From assembly GCA_964016885.1 (NCBI GenBank), contig OZ024741.1:50220001-50284000 (forward strand): a stretch of 64,000 nucleotides of DNA, written 5' to 3'. The DNA is from Eledone cirrhosa (Eukaryota). The notes under the pieces are model-generated. The model did not search any database. It was not told where the DNA came from and saw only the letters and a program-made list of their open reading frames with translations. Positions 42,097 through 54,740 of this stretch are shown piece by piece (position 1 is the first letter of the stretch; every line of letters starts with the position of its first letter). The position numbers and the translations under genes are program-made.

Positions 42097-42207
42097 TATG
42101 ATGGCTGCCCCCTCGTTATCGAGTATGGCCATTGCACGAGGAGAAAGAAAAAAAATAATAATAATAAATAAATAAAAAGAAAATAAAAATAAAAAATAAA
42201 AAAAAAG

Positions 42208-42238
<31 letters not shown>

Positions 42239-43749
42239 CACATATACACACACACACACATTCACACACACACATATACACACACAGATTAATAACAATA
42301 ATAATAATAATAATCATAACAACAATAATAATAACAACAACAACAATAATAATATACATATACATATATATATACACACACACGCACACACATAAGCATA
42401 TCTACACACACACACACACACACACACGATAGCAACTAACAGCGCTGCGATCGAATGTGGCTTTTTAGCCCAGCCAATGATCTAAAATGTCTTGCACAGA
42501 GTCGGCAACCAATCACTGGGAATAGTCGGCTGTGGTTGGAGTTCGTGTACCCTTGCATGTCGCTTGAGCCCTCCTGCTGATTTACATTCTCTACCACATG
42601 TTTGGCAAGCATGATGAGTAGCATCTCCAACAGCAGCCTGGTAGTCAACCACTGGTCTTACTTTATGACTGCGAAGATAACTTTCGAGTCCAGCTTTGCT
42701 TAGGCAGAGTCTCGCACGGACGCTGCATGTCAGCACCATAGGAGGACCCTCGCCATCTGGAAGTGCAACAGCAATGCCCTTCCTCACATCCCGTTTTACT
42801 TTCTCATATGCGATTCGAGATGCCTCAAAGGCAACTTTTCCCTCATATACAGTCTTTCTCCATTTATTACGATCAGCAGCAATATTCTCCCATGTATCAG
42901 CAGAGATGTTAGCGTCTTTCAGAGAGGCTTTCAAGGAATCCTTATACCTCTTTTTTGGTTTATGTGGCGGTCGTTTTCCTTTAACCAACTCTCCATAAAA
43001 GAGTTGTTTTGGTATTCTAGAATCCTTCATCCTGGCAAGGTGACCACTCCAACGGAGTCGTTGCTTAAGCACAAGAGCTTCTATACTGTCACACATAGAG
43101 CTTTCCAAAATCTCGACATCACTGATGTGGTCCCTCCAGTGAACGCCATGGATCCGTGTGAGACACATCTGATGGAAACGCTCCAATTACTTAAGGTGGT
43201 GTCGATATGTGACCCAGGTCTCGCAGGCATAAAGAAAACAAGAGAGCACACATGCCCTGTACACCTTTACCTTTGGCCTTCTGCATATATCTTGCCGACC
43301 CCAGAGTCGCCTTTCTAGCTTTCCGAAAGCATCACTTGCTTTCCTAATCCCAAGTGAGATTTCACTGTCAAGGTTGCTGTATCGATTGACAGTGCTTCCC
43401 AGGTAGACAAACTGATCAACCACTCCAAGTCGTTTGCCATACACATAGATGTTTGGTTCAGTGTACTGCTTACCAGGGGCAGGTTGGTACATGACGACGG
43501 TTTTCTTGAGACTGACAGTCAGACCTAGGGCAGTGCAAGCGTCAGAAAATGTATTCAAAATGTGCTGCATATCACTCTCTGTGTGCGCTACAAGATCGCA
43601 ATCATCTGCATACAAGAGGTCTCTTATGATTGATGTAAATACTTTTGTCTTCGCAGCGCCTGATGTTAAATATGCTGCCTGAGGTTCGATATCGGATGTA
43701 AACACCATGCTCGCAATTTCTGAATGCAATACAGAAAACCATTGCAAAC
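42097..43749 (-). mobile_element. BovB-like RTE LINE with three C-terminal C2H2-type zinc fingers, 5'-truncated and degenerate
   Basis: GVYIRYRT, LLYADDC, FVYLGS, LYACETW, RLRWSGH, IPKQLFYGEL and RYKDSLK motifs. Fingers are CSVR..CLSKAGL.SYLRSH, CQTCGRECKSAGGLKRHARVH and [17 protein letters not shown]. Confidence 0.87.
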
Positions 43750-43818
43750 ATATACATATATACACACATATATACATACATATACATATATACATACATA
43801 CATACATACATATATATA

Positions 43819-43863
43819 ACACCACTACAGTCCTCCGCTCTGCCAACTGAGCTATCACAAGAA
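43819..43863 (-). pseudogene. 5' half of a tRNA-Tyr(GTA)-like sequence
   Basis: GATAGCTCAGTTGGCAGAGCGGAGGACTGTAG corresponds to the D-arm and anticodon of tRNA-Tyr. No T-arm follows. Confidence 0.7.
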
Positions 43864-44665
43864 TCTCTCTCTATATATATATATATATAAAACAGAGGAT
43901 GTCTGTGTGTCTGTTTCCCTAAAACTCGAGAAATACCCAACCGGTTTTTTTCAAACTTTATACATGTAACTCGTATGACTCCGGAAGTGTTTTGAGCAAA
44001 AAAAATTTCAAATTTTCAATGCCATAGGGACCGCATTAGGCGATTTAGCGATCTCTTTCTCTTAGTCTTTCTCTTTTTAGATAGATACATAGATATGACG
44101 TCGCGCCTTCATAATATCTGTCTGTATGCCTGACTGTCTGCATTACGTCATTATGACGCGATCAGTGTGTGTGTGTGTGTGTATATATTCTTATGCCAGG
44201 GAACATCTTCACGAACCAAAGTATCGTCTTCCTGTTTTCGAGATTGATTTTTTTAGTTTAAGAAGATCCCATTAAGGTTGAAAGCAGCGATTCCTTGCTT
44301 AAACATTAATATGTTATTTTAATATAGATATTCGTGTACAGATATTTTTGCATACACAAAAACAAAATATAAACAAACAAGGCCAAAGATTACATCAATT
44401 AGTCTTAGTGTATGTACTTCATACTGCTTTTAGGTAGAATATCCCGTTAAGGGTGAAAGCAGTGATTCTTTGCTTAAACTTTAGTCTGTTATTTTAATAT
44501 ATATATATATATATAATTATATATTTATGGACAGATATTTTTGCATACACAATAACAAAATATAAACAAACGTATTTATTTCACAAGGTTCGATATGGAT
44601 AAATATATATCAAATATATAAGAACCCTATAGCAAATCCCGAGCAACGCCGGGCCATTCTGCTAG
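43864..44665 (+). mobile_element. Non-autonomous Helitron carrying Penelope-terminal/HHR fragments
   Basis: A|TC 5' end with tctatatata..gtctgtgtgtctgt. 3' hairpin CCCGAGCAACGCCGGG followed by CTAG|T. No target-site duplication. Confidence 0.8.
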
Positions 44666-45202
44666 TATATATATATATATCATCTAGGAAGATAGTAGGA
44701 GTAATTTTGATTGAAAGAAAGCAATCTTGTCCTGGGAACAGGTAAGAGAAACTGACATTGGTGACCTTTCATGTCTTGATTGACAAGAGTGTGGCATAAA
44801 ACAGCAGCAAGCATGACCAATAGCTGGTATGCAAGGAAAGCATGTATACATGAATGTTGACATGAGGCAGGGGGTGGGGGGTCTTGACACAGAGCAACCA
44901 GTGTGGAAACCTGAAACCTTGACAATATCAAATAGCTTTTGTACAGTTTCTTAATTTTAGAACAAGAAATGAGATTTATGAACATAAAATTTCACAGAAA
45001 ACTTGTTAAAAATATGTTGTGTTAAAAACCTGACATTACATACATTCGCTGAACAGCCACCTTGTGTATATATCATCATCATCAATATATAATATACAGA
45101 GAGAGAGAAAGAGAAGATTCAGTTCAAATGTGGAAAATAAAGAACTAGTGTGTGTAAGGTGGAGGGGTGTAGAGAAAGAAAAAGAGATGTGTGTGTGTGC
45201 GC

Positions 45203-45520
45203 GTTGTTGGGCCTCTAGCGTTTCTGATAATTAATGCTCCAGTTGATTCAATTAACAGAACAGCCAGCTCGTGAAATTAGCATTCCCCAGACAGAGGCAC
45301 ACTTAACATAGATCTTAAAGAGATTCAACATGAGACAGTGATGACATGGCTGAGCCCTTGAATTACAAGTACAACCCATTTTTGTCAGCTGAGTTAACTG
45401 AAACAGTGAAAAATAAAGTGTCTTGTTCAAAGACACAACAGGTTGCCCAGTACAGTAATCAAACCCAAGAGCCTACGATTGTGAGTCCAGCACCCTAACC
45501 ACTAAGTCACGCAATTTCAC
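45203..45520 (-). mobile_element. tRNA-derived SINE
   Basis: The minus strand begins gtgaaattgcgtgacttagtggttagggtgctggactcacaatcgtagg...gggtttgatt, followed by gtgtctttgaacaagacacttta. Confidence 0.65.
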
Positions 45521-45550
45521 TCTGTATATGTGTATATATATATATGTATG

Positions 45551-45582
<32 letters not shown>

Positions 45583-45871
45583 GTCAAATTTTGCATGCTG
45601 GCATGAGGCAATATTTTATAGTCGGATGCCTTTCTTGACACCAAACCTTTTAGTCACTTTTTATGACATGCAGGACCTTATGTACCTATTCTAAACTGGA
45701 TATACACAGGATATACGCAGCATATATGGAAATTCGAAATGACAAGACTAGTCTTAGTTTTACACACACATTGGTAATGCCTGATCAATTTTTTTACATA
45801 CATATCACAAACTTATTAGATATAGTTGGCCAGTTTGTTGCTACATCCACCCACAACACATTCACAATACT

Positions 45872-46172
45872 ATCATCATTATCATCGATTAATGGCTATC
45901 TTCCACACTAGCATGGGTTAGATACAAGTTGGGTCAGTTGACTGTGTCTCGCACATATAAGAGTGTTATTGGCTGGCTTTCTATGGCTGGATGCCCTTCC
46001 TAACGCTAATCACATTGCCAGTGTGTGCTGGGTGCTTTTTGCCGTGTCTTTTTACACGTCCACTTTACAGTGTGGGCTGGGTGTTTTGGGGATGGTTTTC
46101 TACGGCTGGATGCCCTTCCTAACAGCAACCACATTTACAGTGTGTGCTGGGCACTTTTTGTCGTAACACCTA
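45872..46172 (-). mobile_element. Degenerate RTE-type 3'UTR or SINE-tail fragment
   Basis: Two ggctggatgcccttcctaac units plus an ATC-repeat tail. Confidence 0.6.
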
Positions 46173-46187
46173 CACAATTATATATAT

Positions 46188-46812
46188 ATCATCATCATCA
46201 CCGTTTTACATCGATTCCTCCGTGCTAGCATGGGTTAGACGGGTTGTCTTGTTGTGGGCAATGTTAGGTCGGCTGACCTTGTCTTGCTCATACAGGAACT
46301 GATTTTGGCTTGATTTCTACAGCTAAATGCCCTTCCTAACACCATCCTCATTTACAGTGAGTGGTGGGTGCTTTTTTTCCATGGCACCTACACGTCCACT
46401 TTACAGTGTGGTCTGGGTGCTTTTTTGTCATGACACCACCACCACTTTGTAGTGGGAAAGGATGGAGGCATATTGCTTATATGCTTCAGCTTGGGAAGTC
46501 GGGTCTTCTGTATTACTGTGTGACGCCAGAGGTCACAGTCCTGTGTCATTGCCGTTGAGAGGTGCAATTGGGCAAGGTCGGCTTTTATCACCTCATCCCA
46601 GCTCTTTTTGGGTCTCCCCATTCCACGGCTTCAATCAACTTTTAGTGCTCTGCACCTTTTTATGCAGTTGTCATCCTTCATACGCATCACATGTCCATAC
46701 CAACGTATCCTCCCTCCTCTCCTGCACACAGCATTTGATTCCTCTTATGCTCAGTCACTCTCTCAGTTCGTTTATGCTTTGCCATTCGTGTATATTACTA
46801 TTAAACATCCAT
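46188..46812 (-). mobile_element. RTE-B LINE 3' fragment
   Basis: QSINELRE and GRPKKSWDEVIKADL...QKTRLP peptides, 3'UTR and (GAT)n tail. An inverted tail fragment follows at ~46820-46890. Confidence 0.8.
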
Positions 46813-47006
46813 TGGAACTGTGAAATCAAGCCAGAATCAGTTCCCGTCCCACCCTTGCAAGCAGGGAAAAGCAGACGTAAATGATGATGATATATATATA
46901 CATATATATATATTTGTAGGAGGTGAGTTTTATTGTAGCACAATTAAAGCAATGCAAATATCAGATAAGTAACACTCTACAGAGTGATGGTTAAAAGAGT
47001 TCCAAG

Positions 47007-47074
47007 TATTTTATTATACGCATTTCAAAAACAAATATCATGGGATGATATCTGCGTTCTCATCAGATAAAATA
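47007..47074 (-). ncRNA. Type I hammerhead ribozyme, sense to the host pre-mRNA
   Basis: TATTTTAT-CTGATGA-GAAC GCAGATATCAT CCC ATGATATTTGT TTTT-GAAA-TGCGTA-TA-ATAAAATA. Confidence 0.8.
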
Positions 47075-47271
47075 TATCTAACTTATATAATTCTATAATA
47101 AATAGACGCACGGATTTATTTTCTCTCTGCTTGCATAAATTCCACAGAACATTCCATAAAGTATACAGCTAATATCTAATACCTTACTAGTTTAAAATCC
47201 TTTTTCTCAAAGGCTTATATATCGTTTACAAATATACCCATCTTTCTACCTTATTTCAATATTATTTATTA

Positions 47272-47802
47272 TCTATCTATATATATAAAGCTGTGGTTGT
47301 CTGTCTGTCTATCGATTTTTGGCACACATCTCCTCTTAGAATCTCTGATGGAATTGCACCGAAATTGCTATACTTGTACATTGAGCCCTAGCGAAGACAT
47401 CGGAAAAAAAATATTTCAAATTGACCCACCCTATATGACGAAATCGAATCTAATGTATCGATTTTTGAGCGTAAGTGACGAGTTATTTCCCTTTGTTCTG
47501 TTTACATTGAGCGTCTTACGTTGTTTTTCTCTGCGTTGCAGTGTTTACATTTTCGATCTTTGTTAATAAATAACCAGTGCAGTTTTTATCCCCAGCATCC
47601 TCTTTTGTTATAACATTCGGGTTATCGTTATGTTTTCTTAACTTCATAAGGCATATTGTTGGTTGAGGGAATATTAATCAAAAACACCACATGCAAGTCT
47701 GCACAGTAGACACTACAGTTTTTAAGCCAAAAAAGAAACTTAACATTGTAACTTTAACACAGCTACTGAGCGACCCCGAGCAACGCCGGACTTTACTGCT
47801 AG
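47272..47802 (+). mobile_element. Non-autonomous Helitron
   Basis: A|TCTATCTATATATATAAAG..GTCTGTCTGTCT 5' end, CCGAGCAACGCCGG hairpin and CTAG|T 3' end. Confidence 0.8.
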
Positions 47803-48833
47803 TATATTATATAATACAATTTACTCATTCTATATCATTCCTCTTTATCATTTTCCTTTTTTCTTTTTAATTTCTAACCTCTAATCTGTACCTTTTCTTC
47901 CTAACTACTTCTCAATTCTTATTATTACTCACCTCATCATTATCCATTCTTCCATCTTTCCTCATATCATTGGCCATAAAAATTATTTTTTAATACATTA
48001 TAGTATTACCATTAGAAGTCCTTCGTAAACATAATTTTTTGACGTTAGATTTTTTTCTTCCTTAAATTTTTCTTATCTCCTCCATCCTTTCATGCTCGTT
48101 TGACTTTTACATATTACAATACATAAAAACAAACTTAAACCCTAACTAATTTCTTTTAATATATTATATTATTACCATTAGAAAATATTTCGTAAACATA
48201 CTTTTTGATGTTAGATATTTTTCTTCCTTAAACATTCTTTTCTTCTTTTCCTTCCGCGCTCAGTTTTAAACAAACTATTTACGTACACATATTACATTAC
48301 ATAAAAACAAACTTATACCCTAACTAAATCCTCTAAATTCATAACTCATTCATTCTTCTCCTTCTTTTCACATTATATCCTTAATAACATTAATATTTTT
48401 ATTTTAATAATACATATTAATAAATTCTTTTCCTCGCACATATTATTAAGCCCTTCAATATACAAACCTTAATTTAATACTATTCTTAATTCCTTTTTCT
48501 TCATGCATAAACCTCATTAACTTTTAATTTCAAAATCTTTTAAATTATCTATTATCTTCCAACGGCTTTTTAATTTCTCTCTGTGAGACAATATATATTT
48601 TTTCTCAGTTGTAAAGGCTATCTCTCTCTCTCTATCACCCATCTCTCCTCCTCTCTCATCCTTCTTTCTTATACTCCTCCCCCACCATTCTTTACTCTCA
48701 TCTCTTCCTCTTCCTTACCTCCCCCCCCCCTCACTTTTTTCCCAATCCCATACATCAATCTTAATTTATTTTTCATATGTTGATTAAAACTTCACTATTT
48801 ACAAGTGTTTTTAAGCTTCATATCATGTCTCCC

Positions 48834-48904
48834 TATTTTATCTGATGAGAACGCAGATATCATCCCATGATGATATTTGTTTTTGAAATGCGCATAATAA
48901 AATA
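48834..48904 (+). ncRNA. Type I hammerhead ribozyme with canonical core
   Basis: 8-bp stem I (TATTTTAT/ATAAAATA), CTGATGA, long stem II, GAAA and palindromic stem III ATGCGCAT. Predicted AUA cleavage after 48896. Confidence 0.83.
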
Positions 48905-48934
48905 CTTGGAACTCTTTTAACCATCTTTTGATCT

Positions 48935-51166
48935 TATCATCATCATCATCATCAGGTTTAGCGTCCGTGTTCCACGCTTGCATGGGTTTGGACGGGGGTT
49001 TTCCCACTTGAGGCAAGAGTGGTTGTCTTGCTCGCATAGGACTGTCTGGCGGGTTTTCTACAGCTGGATGCCCTTCCTAACACCAACCACATTTACAGTG
49101 TGGGGCTGGGAGGTTTTTACCGTGTTGCCTACACGGCCACATTACAGCGTGGACTGTCTGGCGGGTTTTCTACAGCTGGATGCCCTTCCTAACACCAACC
49201 ACATTTACAGTGTGGGGCTGGGAGGTTTTTACCGTGTTGCCTACACGGCCACATTACAGCGTGGACTGTCTGGCGGGTTTTCTACAGCTGGATGCCCTTC
49301 CTAACACCAACCACATTTACAGTGTGGGGCTGGGAGGTTTTTACCGTGTTGCCTACACGGCCACATTTACAGCGTGGACTGTGTGTTTTTTTGTCGTGAC
49401 ACCTACACGATCTCATTTGTTTCGGTCTGGATGTTGTGGGACCAACATAACTTTACATTGAAAGGGGCGGTGTGGATGGGGTGGAGGGACGGGGTGTATT
49501 TTGTTAGAGATGCCTACTGGCTGGAGTAGGTTTTACTATATATTTAGGTAAGGCGGGTCTTCTCTATTACTGAGTACCGCCAAAGGTCTCGGTCCAGTGA
49601 CATTGTCTTGGAGAGGTGTAAGCGTGTGAGGTCGGAATTTATCATGTCGTCCCAGGTTTTTCTGGGTCTGCCTACTCCGTGGCTACCGTCTATCTTTATT
49701 GCCCCGCACTTTGTTATACAGCTGTCGTCTTTCATGCGCATCACGTGACCATACCAACGTAGCCTTCTCTCGAGTAAACAACATCTGATCCCTCTTATTT
49801 CTAATTTTTTCCTTAGTTCGTTTATGCTTAGCCGTTCACGTATATTACTATTGCACATCCAGCGGAGCATGCAAGCTTCGTTCCTCTCTAGTCTGAGTAT
49901 ATCCTCTGCATACAATGCCCAGGTCTCACTGCCATGCAGCATTGCTGTTCGTATGCAGGCATCGTATAACCTGCCTTTCATTTTTAGGGAGAACCCTCTA
50001 GCGGCTAATAGTGGTATAAGCTCTCTGAACTTTTTCCATCCAGTTCTGACTCTAGCTACTGTACTTTCAGAGCACCCTCCCCCACTGCTGATTTTGTCAC
50101 CCAGGTAACGGAAGCTGTCCACTATTTCTATAGAACCCTCTGCGCAATTGAAAGAGCTAGTATTTTGTGGGCACTTGCTGCTACTTATTGCACCAGAGCA
50201 CCGGCCACATGTAAAATCTATGTTCTTAGTTAGCTTACCTGTGATCCCACTACATCTTTTATGCACCCATACTTTGCATTGGGGACATAAAATGGAGTTT
50301 CTACCTACGCCTTTCCTTCACACTGAGCATGGCCATTTCCCAGAAGGGACCGCCGCCTTATTTTCTTTCCTACAAACTAGAACTTTAGTATTAGCCAGGT
50401 TAATTTTAAGGCCTTTTGATTCTAGGCCGTGCTTCCATGTTTGGAATTTCTTCTCTAGTTCGGTCATTGATTCAGCTATGAGCGTTAGATCATCTGCGTA
50501 TAAGAGTTCCCATGGGCAGCCGGTCTTGAACTCCTCTGTTATAGCCTGAAGGGCAATAATAAATAGTAGGGGGCTAAGAACAGAGCCCTGATGGACACCA
50601 ACTTTTATGCTAAACTCTTCACTATATTCGTTGTTAATTCTAACCTTGCTGACTGTTTCTTTATACATGGCTTGTATAGCTCTCACAAGCCATTCGTCAA
50701 CACCTAGTTTTCTAAGAGCCCACCAGATAATGGAACGGGGGACTCTGTCGAAGGCTTTCTCCAAGTCAACAAAAGCTAAGTATAGGGGTTTACTTTTAGC
50801 TAGGTACTTCTCCTGTAGTTGTCGTACAATGAAAAGAGCGTCTGTGGTACTTTTGCCTGACACAAACCCGAACTGCATTTCATCTAGATCAATTCTCTCT
50901 CTGATTAGTTGCGCTATTACTTTTTCCGTGACCTTCATGACCTGGTCGATTAATTTAATGCCTCTATAGTTACACCTATCTAGGGCATCTCCTTTACCCT
51001 TGTAACAGTTAATGATGATGCTGCTATGCCAGTCCTTCGGAACAACCCCATTCTGTATGACTTGGTTTACTATCCGGGTGACCATGGTGTGTCCCACCGT
51101 TCCAGAGGCTTTCAGCATCTCAGCAACTATTTCCGAAGGCCCAGCTGCCTTACCCGTCTTCATATC
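48935..51166 (-). mobile_element. RTE-A LINE copy, 5'-truncated, with one premature stop and three 112-bp UTR units
   Basis: ORFs 50318-51163 and 49544-50266. UTR units start at 49039, 49151 and 49263. Confidence 0.93.
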
Positions 51167-51354
51167 TTATATATATATATATATATATGTACATAATAAA
51201 AGTTCAAGTTTGTCCCGGCTGGGAGTATAAGATGCTAGCTGCTACTGGTACTCTTTTTCAGGTGAGTTGACTGAAGCAATGGGAAATGAAGTGTTTTGTT
51301 CAAGAATACAACACACCATTCATACAAATATACAGGAGATAGTATTGAACTAAC

Positions 51355-51426
51355 CTTCATTTCACGTGTTCCTTCCTCCGATGAATCGTCACTTCCCCGT
51401 CGGCTGTTTACGTGTCTCATGGTGTT
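51355..51426 (-). CDS. LRRFIP2: LRRFIP1/2-family coding exon (NTMRHVNSRRGSDDSSEEGTREMK), 72 nt, phase 0
   Basis: aacag| acceptor and |gttagt donor. The SRRGS motif precedes the LRRFIP coiled coil, and the exon is in frame with its neighbours. Confidence 0.82.
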
Positions 51427-51739
51427 CTGTTAATAAATAGTAATATAATCAGATGGTTACGACATAGACATACACACACTATCATTTTGACCCTTTACTG
51501 AGGATTCATGAATTTCATAATTGCTTATTGCATAATGCCAAAATGAACACACAGATAATATGCATTAGTTACAAACAAAAATAATTGTGCATACAGGGCT
51601 AACACTAGTCTTGCTAGTGCTGCACACAGTAGTAGAGTGACTAGAGTAGTGATGTGCGAGAACCCCTCATCCATCAAGCAATCGCACAACCTTTTTCCAT
51701 TCCAGGTACAAAGAACTGCTACTCAAGGAACTAACCACG

Positions 51740-54340
51740 GTCAAGTTACACATCTCAGTACTGCCATCCTCAAAGGTAAATCAGGTGAAACTGTTAGAGA
51801 GAAGAGAAGTGGATGCATGCTATGTACAAAAGGTCTGATAGAGGGGTGCCTTAGTGAGACTACTCACAGGCAAACAACAGATACAAACTTTACTGGGCAG
51901 GAAATGACGATAAGGTAGGTGGTGTAGGAATTCTGCTTGCTGAGAAATGAATAGATAAGGTGATAGAGGTAGTTAGAGTAAGTGACAGAATTATCAAGCT
52001 TAGATTAGCAGTAGGAAATAGAATGGTGACAATTGCATCTACCTATGCACCACAAGTAGGACTGAGTAAAGAACAAAAAGACAGGTTTTACAGACAACTT
52101 TTACAGGAACTTTTACAGACAACTTTAGTTACCGATGAGAGAGACCTCATCAGCCTGGCAGGTGATTTCAATGGACATGTGGGGCAGTATCAGGACAGAT
52201 TCTATAGAGTTCACTGCGACTATGGTTACGGTTCAAGAAATGAAGAGAGACTGAGACTCCTGCAATTCTGTGATGCAAATAAACTAACCATTTTCAAAAC
52301 AAATTTCAGGAAACCAGCCATCCACCTGATCACATACCAAGCAGGCAAACACAAGCCAGATTGATTACTTACTTGTAAGACAATGAGGTCGATAGACTGT
52401 AATAAATACTAAGGCCTTCCCTGGAGAAAAATGTGCCACCCAACACAAGCTAGATATTAGTTAAACACAAGACAGAACAAAATACGCAGGTAAACATGGA
52501 GTTCAAGAGAGTAGAAGCTAAAGGATCTTTCAATTAAATATAGGTTTAGAATGCATTTGATGAGAGGGGAGTCAAATTAGATACATATGACAGAACAATT
52601 AAAAATTCTTACATGACAACCTATTGTGAACAACTGATGAAACTTGTGGTTGGCGTAACGTGCCAGCCAGATAGAGGGTGAGCTGGTGGTGGAACAGCAT
52701 CAAGGACCAGCTAATGAAGTTGACAGTTATAGGTTAAAAGAAGCAATCAAGAAGATGAAGAATTGGTAAAGCATAGTTGCCGAGAAGTAGGAGCCAAACT
52801 AATAACCCGCATAGTCAATCAGGTAATACAGGATGGAGTCATACCCAATGATTGGCGCAGCAGTACAATCATAAATTGCTACAAGGGCAAAGGTGATGCT
52901 CTAGAAAAAAGTAACTACGGAAGAATAAAACTGATGGACCAAATTATGAATGTGAGGGAAAGAGTTCTAGCACAGCTAATTAGAAAAAGAGTCAAATTAG
53001 ACAAGATGCAGTTTGGGTTTATGCCTGTGAAAAGTACTACAGATGACCTCTTCTTAGTGAGACAACTACAAGAGAAGTTCCTAGCCAAGAATAAAGCCAC
53101 TATATCTAGCATTTGTTATCTAGAAAAAGCCTTTGACAAATACTTCATTCTGTTATCCAATGGATTTGAAGAAAATTAGGTGTAGAAGAATGTTTTGTGA
53201 GAGCAGTGCAAGCCATGTACAGAGGAGCTGTCAGTAAAGTGAGAGTAGAATGTGAGATCAGTGAAGAATTCAAGGTACAGGTAGGAGTTCATCAGGGTTT
53301 GGTTCTTAGCCCACTGCTGTTCTTCCTAGTTCTCCAGGTCATAACAGAGGAGTTTGAGACTGGCTGCCCATGGGAACTTCTTTATGTGGATGGTCTGGTC
53401 CTTATAGCTAAATCCATAAAAGAATTAGAGAATAAGTTCCAACTATGGAAACAGATCAAAAGGCCGAGCATGAACTTAACTAAAACTAATGTGCTAGTAA
53501 GTAAGGAAGAAGATTGGACCCTGGTCCCATCAAGAAAGTAGCCCCGCTCAATATGTAGAAAAGGAGTAGGCATAAACTCCATATGGTGTACACAATGAAA
53601 ATCTTGGGTACACAAGAAATGTAGTGAGATAACAGGTAAACTAACAGGATGGGAAGACTTTGTATGTAAAGGATGCACAGAGGTAATCGAGAGGAAGAGC
53701 ATCAGTGATATAAATCTTTTTCCAGTCACAGGAAGGGTCCATAGTTGATAGCATCTGCTATCTAGGTGACTTAATTAGCAGTGGAGGAGGGTCCTCCAAG
53801 AGCATAACAGCTAGAATAAGGATAGGATGGAAGAAGTTTAGAGAGCTACTCCCACTGTTAACAATAAAAGGTTTCTCCCTATGTACAAAAAGATGGCTGT
53901 ATGGCACCTGTGTGCAAAGTGCGATGCTGCATGGTAGTGAAACATGGGCAGTAACTGCAGCAGACATCTATAGACTGATGAGAAATGAAGCAGCCATATT
54001 TTGTTGGATGTGCAATGTAAATGTGAGAGAAACGCAGAGCTTGAAAGAACTGAGGGAGAGACTGGGTGTAAGAGAAATCCGAGGCAGTGTGCAGGAGAGT
54101 AGACAGCATTGGTATGGATATGTGATGCACATGGATAATAACTGATGGATCAAGAAGTGCCTGTGGAAAGAAGTTGTAGTAGATAACCAAGAAAGACCTG
54201 GGTGAAGGTAGTGAGAGCTGATCTGAAATTGCTGAGACACAGAGATGAAGGAACGTGACAAGTGGAGATATGCTGTGCTGAGAAGGACTCGTCCAAACCA
54301 TGCAAGCATGGAAAAACGATGACAATGACTGATTGATGAC
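51740..54340 (+). mobile_element. Old degenerate RTE LINE related to RTE-A, with APE, RT and PHD remnants
   Basis: [48 protein letters not shown] and WVHKKC motifs. Short 3' end ccaaaccatgcaagcatggaaaaacgatga. Many stops. Confidence 0.88.
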
Positions 54341-54740
54341 ATATATATCTAAAAATCACATATTCAAATTCTGGCAGTCATGTGTACACCAATCACATTG
54401 GGCCTACCTACTATAAAGTGGTAGCAATGTATACCAACATCAATTCATTACTGTTACAAACTGCAAATATAAATGCACATATAATCATCATCATTTTTAC
54501 ATGTGCCTTTATCATCCCACCATGGGTGGGTGGGTGGGAGTTTTGAGGATCCTTTTTTCTATGGCTGGATACCCTTCTCATACTTCATAGGAACTCTTTT
54601 CTTCTCAGTTTCTTTTTCCTCTACCCTTGTGTCAGAGAAAAGACAAGGAAGACAAAAGCAGACTAAATGTATAATAGCAATGTAAACGGGTCAATAGAGG
54701 AATGACTGGTCATTTCATGTCCACACCCACATGTACATAC

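Larger units (their letters stand above)
46914..48925. mobile_element. Non-coding Penelope-type element bounded by inverted HHR-bearing termini (46986-47074 and 48834-48925)
   Basis: ~90-bp inverted repeat. The left arm continues on the minus strand through AATAAA into (TA)n. The interior is pyrimidine/AT-rich with a ~165-bp duplication. Confidence 0.7.

Noticed and set aside
44680-44985. Possible extra LRRFIP exon (tttcag| acceptor near 44910 on the minus strand)
   Set aside because: The peptide has no LRRFIP resemblance and no clear in-phase donor was found.
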